A stretch of DNA of 64,000 bases from Eledone cirrhosa (lineage: Eukaryota), in assembly GCA_964016885.1 (NCBI GenBank), contig OZ024740.1, forward strand, positions 23,436,001 through 23,500,000, written 5' to 3'. Every line of letters begins with the position of its first letter. Within the stretch, counting starts at the first letter, position 1. The position numbers and the translations under genes are program-made. Shown here piece after piece: positions 37,201-49,200 of this stretch. The notes under the pieces were generated by a model. It saw only the letters and a program-made list of their open reading frames with translations. It had not been told where the DNA came from and did not search any database.

Positions 37201-40200
37201 TGTTGTTGGTGTTGTTGTTAGTGTTGTTGTTCGTGATGCTGTTTGCTGTCATTGTTGTTGGTGTTGTTGTTAGTGTTGTAGATCTTGATGCTGTTTGCTG
37301 TCAATGTTGTTGGTGTTGTTGTTAGTGTTGTTGTTCGTGATGCTGTTTGCTGTCATTGTTGTTGGTGTTGTTGTTAGTGTTGTAGATCTTGATGCTGTTT
37401 GCTGTCAATGTTGTTGGTGTTGTTGTTAGTGTTGTTGTTCGTGATGCTGTTTGCTGTCATTGTTGTTGGTGTTGTTGTTAGTGTTGTAGATCTTGATGCT
37501 GTTTGCTGTCAATGTTGTTGGTGTTGTTGTTAGTGTTGTTGTTCGTGATGCTGTTTGCTGTCATTGTTGTTGGTGTTGTTGTTAGTGTTGTAGATCTTGA
37601 TGCTGTTTGCTGTCAATGTTGTTGGTGTTGTTGTTAGTGTTGTTGTTCGTGATGCTGTTTGCTGTCATTGTTGTTGGTGTTGTTGTTAGTGTTGTAGATC
37701 TTGATGCTGTTTGCTGTCAATGTTGTTGGTGTTGTTGTTAGTGTTGTTGTTCGTGATGCTGTTTGCTGTCATTGTTGTTGGTGTTGTTGTTAGTGTTGTA
37801 GATCTTGATGCTGTTTGCTGTCAATGTTGTTGGTGTTGTTGTTAGTGTTGTTGTTCGTGATGCTGTTTGCTGTCATTGTTGTTGGTGTTGTTGTTAGTGT
37901 TGTAGATCTTGATGCTGTTTGCTGTCATTGTTGTTGGTGTTGTTGTTAGTGTTGTTGGTCGTGATGCTGTTTGCTGTCATTGTTGTTGGTGTTGTTGTTA
38001 GTGTTGTTGGTCGTGATGCTGTTTGCTGTCATTGTTGTTGGTGTTGTTGTTAGTGTTGTAGATCTTGATGCTGTTTGCTGTCAATGTTGTTGGTGTTGTT
38101 GTTAGTGTTGTTGTTCGTGATGCTGTTTGCTGTCATTGTTGTTGGTGTTGTTGTTAGTGTTGTAGATCTTGATGCTGTTTGCTGTCAATGTTGTTGGTGT
38201 TGTTGTTAGTGTTGTTGTTCGTGATGCTGTTTGCTGTCATTGTTGTTGGTGTTGTTGTTATTGTTGTAGATCGTGATGCTGTTTGCTGTCAATGTTGTTG
38301 GTGTTGTTGTTAGTGTTGTTGATCGTGATGCTGTTTGCTGTCATTGTTGTTGGTGTTGTTGTTAGTGTTGTAGATCTTGATGCTGTTTGCTGTCAATGTT
38401 GTTGGTGTTGTTGTTAGTGTTGTTGATCGTGATGCTGTTTGCTGTAATTGTTGTTGGTGTTGTTGTTAGTGTTGTTGATCGTGATGCTGTTTGCTGTCAT
38501 TGTTGTTGGTGTTGTTGTTAGTGTTGTTGATCGTGATGCTGTTTGCTGTAATTGTTGTTGGTGTTGTTGTTAGTGTTGTAGATCGTGATGCTGTTTGCTG
38601 TCAATGTTGTTGGTGTTGTTGTTAGTGTTGTTGGTCGTGATGCTGTTTGCTGTCATTGTTGTTGGTGTTGTTGTTAGTGTTGTTGATCGTGATGCTGTTT
38701 GCTGTCATTGTTGTTGGTGTTGTTGTTAGTGTTGTTGGTCGTGATGCTGTTTGCTGTCAATGTTGTTGGTGTTGTTGTTAGTGTTGTTGGTCGTGATGCT
38801 GTTTGCTGTCAATGTTGTTGGTGTTGTTGTTAGTGTTGTTGTTCGTGATGCTGTTTGCTGTCATTGTTGTTGGTGTTGTTGTTAGTGTTGTAGATCGTGA
38901 TGCTGTTTGCTGTCAATGTTGTTGGTGTTGTTGTTAGTGTTGTTGGTCGTGATGCTGTTTGCTGTCATTGTTGTTGGTGTTGTTGTTAGTGTTGTTGGTC
39001 GTGATGCTGTTTGCTGTCATTGTTGTTGGTGTTGTTGTTAGTGTTGTAGATCTTGATGCTGTTTGCTGTCAATGTTGTTGGTGTTGTTGTTAGTGTTGTT
39101 GATCGTGATGCTGTTTGCTGTAATTGTTGTTGGTGTTGTTGTTAGTGTTGTTGATCGTGATGCTGTTTGCTGTCATTGTTGTTGGTGTTGTTGTTAGTGT
39201 TGTTGATCGTGATGCTGTTTGCTGTAATTGTTGTTGGTGTTGTTGTTAGTGTTGTTGTTCGTGATGCTGTTTGCTGTCATTGTTGTTGGTGTTGTTGTTA
39301 GTGTTGTAGATCTTGATGCTGTTTGCTGTCAATGTTGTTGGTGTTGTTGTTAGTGTTGTTGTTCGTGATGCTGTTTGCTGTCATTGTTGTTGGTGTTGTT
39401 GTTAGTGTTGTAGATCTTGATGCTGTTTGCTGTCAATGTTGTTGGTGTTGTTGTTAGTGTTGTTGGTCGTGATGATGTTTGATGTCATTGTTGTTGGTGT
39501 TGCTGTTAGTGTTGTTGGTCGTGATGCTGTTTGCTGTCAATGTTGTTGGTGTTGTTGTTAGTGTTGTTGTTCGTGATGCTGTTTGCTGTCATTGTTATTG
39601 GTGTTGTTGTTAGTGTTGTTGGTCGTGATGCTGTTTGCTGTCAATGTTATTGGTGTTATTGTTAGTGTTGTTGATCTTGATGCTGTTTGCTGTCAATGTT
39701 GTTGGTGTTGTTGTTAGTGTTGTTGGTCGTGATGATGTTTGATGTCATTGTTGTTGGTGTTGCTGTTAGTGTTGTTGGTCGTGATGCTGTTTGCTGTCAA
39801 TGTTGTTGGTGTTGTTGTTAGTGTTGTTGTTCGTGATGCTGTTTGCTGTCATTGTTGTTGGTGTTGTTGTTAGTGTTGTTGGTCGTGATGCTGTTTGCTG
39901 TCAATGTTATTGGTGTTATTGTTAGTGTTGTTGATCTTGATGCTGTTTGCTGTCAATGTTGTTGGTGTTGTTGTTAGTGTTGTTGGTCGTGATGATGTTT
40001 GATGTCATTGTTGTTGGTGTTGTTGTTAGTGTTGTTGGTCGTGATGCTGTTTGCTGTCAATGTTATTGGTGTTATTGTTAGTGTTGTAGATCTTGATGCT
40101 GTTTGCTGTCAATGTTGTTGGTGTTGTTGTTAGTGTTGTTGGTCGTGATGATGTTTGATGTCATTGTTGTTGGTGTTGTTGTTAGTGTTGTTGGTCGTGA

Positions 40201-43200
40201 TGCTGTTTGCTGTCATTGTTGTTGGTGTTGTTGTTAGTGTTGTTGATCGTGATGCTGTTTGCTGTCATTGTTGTTGGTGTTGTTGTTAGTGTTGTTGGTC
40301 GTGATGCTGTTTGCTGTCATTGTTGTTGGTGTTGTTGTTAGTGTTGTTGATCGTGATGCTGTTTGCTGTCATTGTTGTTGGTGTTATTGTTAGTGTTGTT
40401 GGTCGTGATGCTGTTTGCTGTCATTGTTGTTGGTGTTGTTGTTAGTGTTGTTGGTCTGGTTACTGTTTGCTGTCATTGTTGTTGTTGTTGTTGTTAGTGT
40501 TGTTGGTCGTGATGATGTTTGCCGTCAATGTTGTTGGTGTTGTTGTTAGTGTTGTTGATCGTGATGCTATTTGCTGTCATTGTTGTTGGTGTTCTTGTTA
40601 GTGTTGTAGATCGTGATGCTGTTTGCTGTCATTGTTGTTGGTGTTGTTGTTAGTGTTGTTGGTCGTGATGCTGTTTGCTGTCATTGTTGTTGGTGTTGTT
40701 GTTAGTGTTGTTGATCGTGATGCTGTTTGCTGTAATTGTTGTTGGTGTTGTTGTTAGTGTTGTTGGTCTGGTTACTGTTTGCTGTCATTGTTGTTGTTGT
40801 TGTTGTTAGTGTTGTTGGTCGTGATGCTGTTTGCTGTCATTGTTGTTGGTGTTGTTGTTAGTGTTGTTGGTCTAGTTACTGTTTGCTGTCATTGTTGTTG
40901 TTGTTGTTGTTAGTGTTGTTGGTCGTGATGCTGTTTGCTGTCATTGTTGTTGGTGTTGTTGTTAGTGTTGTTGGTCGTGATGCTGTTTGCTGTCATTGTT
41001 GTTGGTGTTGTTGTTAGTGTTGTTGATCGTAATGCTCTTTGCTGTCATTGTTGTTGGTGTTGTTGTAAGTGTTGTTGATCGTGATGCTGTTTGCTGTCAT
41101 TGTTGTTGGTGTTGTTGTTAGTGTTGTTGATCGTGATGCTGTTTGCTGTCAATTTTGTTGGTGTTGTTGTTAGTGTTGTGGATCGTAATGCTCTTTGCTG
41201 TCATTGTTGTTGGTGTTGTTGTTAGTGTTGTTGATCGTGATGCTGTTTGCTGTCATTGTTGTTGGTGTTATTGTTAGTGTTGTTGGTCGTGATGCTGTTT
41301 GCTGTAATTGTTGTTGGTGTTGTTGTTAGTGTTGTTGATCGTAATGCTCTTTGCTGTCATTGTTGTTGGGGTTGTTGTTAGTGTTGTTGATCGTGATGCT
41401 GTTTGCTGTCAATTTTGTTGGTGTTGTTGTAAGTGTTGTTGATCGTGCTGCTGTTTGCTGTCAACTTTGTTGGTGTTGTTGTTAGTGTTGTTGGTCGTGA
41501 TGCTGTTTGCTGTCAATGTTGTTGGTGTTGTTGTTAGTGTTGTTGGTCGTGATGCTGTTTGCTGTCAATTTTGTTGGTGTTGTTGTAAGTGTTGTTGATC
41601 GTGCTGCTGTTTGCTGTCATTGTTGTTGGTGTTGTTGTTAGTGTTGTTGGTCGTGATGCTGTTTGCTGTCAATTTTGTTGGTGTTGTTGTTAGTGTTGTT
41701 GGTCGTGATGCTGTTTGCTGTCAATTTTGTTGGTGTTGTTGTAAGTGTTGTTGATCGTGCTGCTGTTTGCTGTCATTGTTGTTGGTGTTGTTGTTAGTGT
41801 TGTTGGTCGTGATGCTGTTTGCTGTCAATTTTGCTGGTGTTGTTGTAAGTGTTGTTGATCGTGATGCTGTGTGCTGTCAATGTTGTTGGTGTTGTTGTTA
41901 GTGTTGTTGGTCGTGATGCTGTTTACTGTCATTGTTGTTGGTGTTGTTGTTTGTGTTGTTGGTCGTGATGCTGTTTGCTGTCAATTTTGCTGGTGTTGTT
42001 GTAAGTGTTGTTGATCGTGATGCTGTTTGCTGTCAATGTTGTTGGTGTTGTTGTTAGTGTTGTTGGTCGTGATGCTGTTTGCTGTCATTGTTGTTAGTGT
42101 TGTTGTTAGTGTTGTTGGTCGTGATGCTGTTTGCTGTCAATTTTGTTGGTGTTGTTGTTAGTGTTGTTGGTCGTGATGCTGTTTGCTGTCAATTTTGTTG
42201 GTGTTGTTGTAAGTGTTGTTGATCGTGCTGCTGTTTACTGTCATTGTTGTTGGTGTTGTTGTTAGTGTTGTTGGTCGTGATGCTGTTTGCTGTCAATTTT
42301 GTTGGTGTTGTTGTAAGTGTTGTTGATCGTGATGCTGTTAGCTGCCATTGTTGTTGGTGTTGTTATTGTTGTTGGTCGTGATGCTGTTGCTGTCATTGTT
42401 GTTGGTGTTGTTGTTAGTGTTGTTGGTCGTGATGCTGTTTGCTGTCATTGTTGTTGGTGTTGTTGTTAGTGTTGTTGGTCGTGATGCTGTTGCTGTCATT
42501 GTTGTTGGTGTTGTTGTTAATGTTGTTGGTCGTGATGCTGTTTGCTGTCAATTTTGTTTGTGTTGTTGTTAGTGTTGTTGGTCGTGATGCTGTTTGCTGT
42601 CAATTTTGTTGGTGTTGTTGTAAGTGTTGTTGATCGTGATGCTGTTTGCTGCCATTGTTGTTGGTGTTGTTGTTATTGTTGTTGGTCGTGATGCTGTTGC
42701 TGTCATTGTTGTTGGTGTTGTTGTTAGTGTTGTTGGTCGTGATGCTGTTTGCTGTCATTGTTGTTGGTGTTGTTGTTAGTGTTGTTGATCGTGATGCTGT
42801 TTGCTGTCATTGTTGTTGGTGTTGTTGTTAGTGTTGTTGATCGTGATGCTGTTTGCTGTCATTGTTGTTGGTGTTGTTGTTAGTGTTGTTGATCGTGATG
42901 CTGTTTGCTGTCATTGTTGTTGGTGTTGTTGTTAGTGTTGTTGATCGTGATGCTGTTTGCTGTCATTGTTGTTGGTGTTGTTGTTAGTGTTGTTGGTCGT
43001 GATGCTGTTTGCTGTCAATGTTGTTGGTGTCGTTGTTAGTGTTGTTGGTCGTGATGCTGTTTGCTGTCATTGTTGTTGGTGTTGTTGTTAGTGTTGTTGG
43101 TCGTGATGCTGTTTGCTGTCATTGTTGTTGGTGTTGTTGTTAGTGTTGTTGGTCGTGATGCTGTTTGCTGTCATTGTTGTCGGTGTTGTTGTTAGTGTTG

Positions 43201-46200
43201 TTGGTCGTGTTGCTGTTTGCTGTCAATGTTGTTGGTGTTGTTGTTAGTGTTGTTGGTCGTGATGCTGTTTGCTGTCAATGTTGTTGGTGTTGTTGTTAGT
43301 GTTGTTGATCGTGATGCTGTTTGCTGTCATTGTTGTTGGTGTTGTTGTTAGTGTTGTTGGTCGTGATGCTGTTTGCTGTCATTGTTGTCGGTGTTGTTGT
43401 TAGTGTTGTTGGTCGTGTTGCTGTTTGCTGTCAATGTTGTTGGTGTTGTTGTTAGTGTTGTTGGTCGTGATGCTGTTTGCTGTCAATGTTGTTGGTGTTG
43501 TTGTTAGTGTTGTTGGTCGTGATGCTGTTTGCTGTCATTGTTGTTGGTGTTGTTGTTAGTGTTGTTGGTCGTGATGCTGTTTGCTGTCATTGTTGTTGGT
43601 GTTGTTGTTAGTGTTGTTGGTCGTGATGCTGTTTGCTGTCATTGTTGTTGGTGTTGTTGTTAGTGTTGTTGGTCGTGATGCTGTTTGCTGTCATTGTTGT
43701 TGGTGTTGTTGCTAGTGTTGTTGGTCGTGATGCTGTTTGCTGTTATTGTTGTTGGTGTTGTTGTTGGTGTTGTTGGTCGTGATGCTGTTTGCTGTCATTG
43801 TTGTTGGTGTTGTGTTAGTGTTGTTGGTCGTGATGCTGTTTGCTGTCATTGTTGTTGGTGTTGTGTTAGTGTTGTTGGTCGTGATGCTGTTTGCTGTCAA
43901 TGTTGTTGGTGTTGTTGTTAGTGTTGTTGATCGTGATGCTGTTTGCTGTCAATGTTGTTGGTGTTATTGTTAGTGTTGTTGATCGTGATGCTATTTGCTG
44001 CCATTGTTGTTGGTGTTGTTGTTATTGTTGTTGGTCGTGATGCTGTTGCTGTCATTGTTGTTGGTGTTGTTGTTAGTGTTGTTGGTCGTGATGCTGTTTG
44101 CTGTCAATGTTGTTGGTGTTGTTGTTAGTGTTGTTGATCGTAATGCTGTTTGCTGTCATTGTTGTTGGTGTTGTTGTTAGTGTTGTTGATCGTAATGCTG
44201 TTTGCTGTCAATGTTGTTGGTGTTGTTGTTAGTGTTGTTGGTCGTGATGCTGTTTGCTGTCATTGTTGTTGGTGTTGTTGTTAGTGTTGTTGATCGTAAT
44301 GCTGTTTGCTGTCATTGTTGTTGGTGTTGTTGTTAGTGTTGTTGATCGTAATGCTGTTTGCTGTCAATGTTGTTGGTGTTGTTGTTAGTGTTGTTGGTCG
44401 TGATGCTGTTTGCTGTCATTGTTGTTAGTGTTGTTGTTAGTGTTGTTGATCGTAATGCTGTTTGCTGTCATTGTTGTTGGTGTTGTTGTTAGTGTTGTTG
44501 ATCGTAATGCTGTTTGCTGTCAATGTTGTTGGTGTTGTTGTTAGTGTTGTTGGTCGTGATGCTGTTTGCTGTCATTGTTGTTGGTGTTGTTGTTAGTGTT
44601 GTTGATCGTAATGCTGTTTGCTGTCATTGTTGTTGGTGTTGTTGTTAGTGTTGTTGATCGTAATGCTGTTTGCTGTCAATGTTGTTGGTGTTGTTGTTAG
44701 TGTTGTTGATCGTAATGCTGTTTGCTGTCAATGTTGTTGGTGTTGTTGTTAGTGTTGTTGATCGTGATGCTGTTTGCTGTCATTGTTGTCGGTGTTGTTG
44801 TTAGTGTTGTTGGTCGTGATGCAGTTTGCTGTCATTGTTGTTGGTGTTGTTGTTAGTGTTGTTGATCGTGATGCTGTTTGCTGTCATTGTTGTTGGTGTT
44901 GTTGTTAGTGTTGTTGATCGTGATGCTGTTTGCTGTCATTGTTGTTGGTGTTGTTGTTAGTGTTGTTGATCGTGATGCTGTTTGCTGTCATTGTTGTTGG
45001 TGTTGTTGTTTGTGTTGTTGATCGTGATGCTGTTTGCTGTCATTGTTGTTGGTGTTGTTGTTAGTGTTGTTGGTCGTGATGCAGTTTGCTGTCATTGTTG
45101 TTGGTGTTGTTGTTAGTGTTGTTGATCGTGATGCTGTTTGCTGTCATTGTTGTTGGTGTTGTTGTTAGTGTTGTTGATCGTGATGCTGTTTGCTGTCATT
45201 GTTGTTGGTGTTGTTGTTAGTGTTGTTGATCGTGATGCTGTTTGCTGTCATTGTTGTTGGTGTTGTTGTTAGTGTTGTTGATCGTGATGCTGTTTGCTGT
45301 CATTGTTGTTGGTGTTGTTGTTTGTGTTGTTGATCGTGATGCTGTTTGCTGTCATTGTTGTTGGTGTTGTTGTTAGTGTTGTTGATCGTGATGCTGTTTG
45401 CTGTCATTGTTGTTGGTGTTGTTGTTAGTGTTGTTGATCGTGATGCTGTTTGCTGTCATTGTTGTTGGTGTTGTTGTTAGTGTTGTTGATCGTGTTGCTG
45501 TTTGCTGTCAATGTTGTTGGTGTTGTTGTTTGTGTTGTTGTTCGTGATGCTGTTTGCTGTCATTGTTGTTGGTGTTGTTGTTAGTGTTGTTGATCGTGAT
45601 GCTGTTTGCTGTCATTGTTGTCGGTGTTGTTGTTAGTGTTGTTGGTCGTGTTGCTGTTTGCTGTCAATGTTGTTGGTGTTGTTGTTAGTGTTGTTGGTCG
45701 TGATGCTGTTTGCTGTCATTGTTGTTGGTGTTGTTGTTAGTGTTGTTGATCGTGATGCTGTTTGCTGTCATTGTTGTTGGTGTTGTTGTTAGTGTTGTTG
45801 ATCGTGATGCTGTTTGCTGTCATTGTTGTTGGTGTTGTTGTTAGTGTTGTTGATCGTGATGCTGTTTGCTGTCATTGTTGTTGGTGTTGTTGTTAGTGTT
45901 GTTGATCGTGATGCTGTTTGCTGTCATTGTTGTTGGTGTTGTTGTTAGTGTTGTTGATCGTGATGCTGTTTGCTGTCATTGTTGTCGGTGTTGTTGTTAG
46001 TGTTGTTGGTCGTGTTGCTGTTTGCTGTCAATGTTGTTGGTGTTGTTGTTAGTGTTGTTGGTCGTGATGCTGTTTGCTGTCAATGTTGTTGGTGTTGTTG
46101 TTAGTGTTGTTGGTCGTGATGCTGTTTGCTGTAATTGTTGTTGGTGTTGTTGTTAGTGTTGTTGGTCGTGATGCTGTTTGCTGTTATTGTTGTTGGTGTT

Positions 46201-49200
46201 GTTGTTAGTGTTGTTGGTCGTGATGCTGTTTGCTGTCATTGTTGTTGGTGTTGTTGTTAGTGTTGTTGGTCGTGATGCTGTTTGCTGTTATTGTTGTTGG
46301 TGTTGTTGTTAGTGTTGTTGGTCGTGATGCTGTTTGCTGTCATTGTTGTTGGTGTTGTTGTTAGTGTTGTTGGTCGTGATGCTGTTTGCTGTTATTGTTG
46401 TTGGTGTTGTTGTTGGTGTTGTTGGTCGTGATGCTGTTTGCTGTCATTGTTGTTGGTGTTGTGTTAGTGTTGTTGGTCGTGATGCTGTTTGCTGTCATTG
46501 TTGTTGGTGTTGTGTTAGTGTTGTTGGTCGTGATGCTGTTTGCTGTCAATGTTGTTGGTGTTGTTGTTAGTGTTGTCGATCGTGATGCTGTTTGCTGTCA
46601 ATGTTGTTGGTGTTATTGTTAGTGTTGTTGATCGTGATGCTGTTTGCTGTCATTGTTGTTGGTGTTGTTGTTAGTGTTGTTGATCGTGATGCTGTTTGCT
46701 GTCAATGTTGTTGGTGTTGTTGTTAGTGTTGTTGATCGTGATGCTGTTTGCTGTCATTGTTGTTGGTGTTGTGTTAGTGTTGTTGATCGTGATGCTGTTT
46801 GCTGTCATTGTTGTTGGTGTTATTGTTAGTGTTGTTGATCGTGATGCTGTTTGCTGTCAATGTTGTTGGTGTTGTTGTTAGTGCTGTTGGTCGTGATGCT
46901 GTTTGCTGTCATTGTTGTTGGTGTTGTTGTTAGTGCTGTTGGTCGTGATGCTGTTTGCTGTCATTGTTGTTGGTGTTATTGTTAGTGTTGTTGATCGTGA
47001 TGCTGTTTGCTGTCAATGTTGTTGGTGTTATTGTTAGTGTTGTTGATCGTGATGCTGTTTGCTGTCATTGTTGTTGGTGTTGTGTTAGTGTTGTTGGTCG
47101 TGATGCTGTTTGCTGTCATTGTTGTTGGTGTTGTTGTTAGTGTTGTTGATCGTGATGCTGTTTGCTGTCATTGTTGCTGGTGTTGTGTTAGTGTTGTTGG
47201 TCGTGATGCTGTTTGCTGTCATTGTTGTTGGTGTTGTTGTTAGTGTTGTTGGTCGTGATGCTGTTTGCTGTCATTGTTGTTGGTGTTGTTGTTAGTGTTG
47301 TTGGTGTTGTTGTTAGTGTTGTTGATCGTGATGCTGTTTGCTTTCATTGTTGTTGGTGTTGTTGTTAGTGTTGTTGGTCGTGATGCTGTTTGCTGTCATT
47401 GTTGTTGGTGTTGTTGTTAGTGTTGTTGGCCGTGATGCTGTTTGCTGTCATTGTTGTTGGTGTTATTGATAGTGTTGTTGATCGTGATGCTGTTTGCTGT
47501 CATTGTTGTTGGTGTTGTTAGTGTTGTTGGTCGTGATGATGTTTGCTGTCATTGTTGTTGGTGTTGTTGTTAGTGTTGTTGGTCGTGATGCTGTTTGCTG
47601 TCATTGTTGTTGGTGTTGTTGTTAGTGTTGTTGGTCGTGATGCTGTTTGCTGTCATTGTTGTTGGTGTTGTTAGTGTTGTTGGTCGTGATGCTGTTTGCT
47701 GTCATTGTTGTTGGTGTTGTTAGTGTTGTTGGTCGTGATGCTGTTTGCTGTCAATGTTGTTGGTGTTGTTGTTAGTGTTGTTGATCGTGATGCTGTTTGC
47801 TGTCATTGTTGTTGGTGTTGTTAGTGTTGTTGATCGTGATGCTGTTTGCTGTCAATGTTGTTGGTGTTGTTGTTAGTGTTGTTGATCGTGATGCTGTTTG
47901 CTGTCATTGTTGTTGGTGTTGTTGATCGTGATGATGTTTGCTGTCAATGTTGTTGGTGTTGTTGTTAGTGTTGTTGATCGTGATGCTGTTTGCTGTCAAT
48001 GTTGTTGGTGTTGTTGTTAGTGTTGTTGATCGTGATGCTGTTTGCTGTCATTGTTGTTGGTGTCGTCGTTAGTGTTGTTGATCGTGATGCTGTTTGCTGT
48101 CATTGTTGTTGGTGTTGTTGTTAGTGTTGTTGATCGTGATGCTGTTTGCTGTCAATGTTGTTGGTGTCGTCGTTAGTGTTGTTGATCGTGATGCTGTTTG
48201 CTGTCATTGTTGTTGGTGTTGTTGTTAGTGTTGTTGGTCGTGATGCTGTTTGCTGTCATTGTTGTTGGTGTTGTTGTTAGTGTTGTTGATCGTGATGCTG
48301 TTTGCTGTCATTGTTGTTGGTGTCGTCGTTAGTGTTGTTGATCGTGATGCTGTTTGCTGTCATTGTTGTTGGTGTTGTTGTTAGTGTTGTTGGTCGTGAT
48401 GCTGTTTGCTGTCATTGTTGTTGGTGTTGTTGTTAGTGTTGTTGATCGTGTTGCTGTTTGCTGTCATTGTTGTTGGTGTTGTTGTTAGTGTTGTTGATCG
48501 TGATGCTCTTTGCTGTCATTGTTGTTGGTGTTGTTGTTAGTGTTGTTGATCGTGATGCTGTTTGCTGTAATTGTTGTTGGTGTTGTTGTTAGTGTTGTTG
48601 ATCGTGATGCTCTTTGCTGTCATTGTTGTTGGTGTTGTTGTTAGTGTTGTTGATCGTGATGCTCTTTGCTGTCATTGTTGTTGGTGTCGTCGTTAGTGTT
48701 GTTGATCGTGTTGCTGTTTGCTGTCATTGTTGTTGGTGTTATTGTTAGTGTTGTTGGTCGTGATGCTGTTTGCTGTCAATGTTGTTGGTGTTGTTGTTAG
48801 TGTTGTTGGTCGTGATGCTGTTTGCTGTCATTGTTGTTGGTGTTGTTGTTAGTGTTGTTGGTCGTGATGCTGTTTGCTGTCAATGTTGTTGGTGTTGTTG
48901 TTAGTGTTGTTGGTCGTGATGCTGTTTGCTGTCATTGTTGTTGGTGTTGTTGTTAGTGTTGTTGGTCGTGATGCTGTTTGCTGTCATTGTTGTTGGTGTT
49001 GTTGTTAGTGTTGTTGGTCGTGATGCTGTTTGCTGTCATTGTTGTTGGTGTTGTTGTTAGTGTTGTTGGTCGTGATGCTGTTTGCTGTCATTGTTGTTGG
49101 TGTTGTTGTTAGTGTTGTTGGTCGTGATGCTGTTTGCTGTCATTGTTGTTGGTGTTGTTGTTAGTGTTGTTGGTCGTGATGCTGTTTGCTGTCATTGTTG

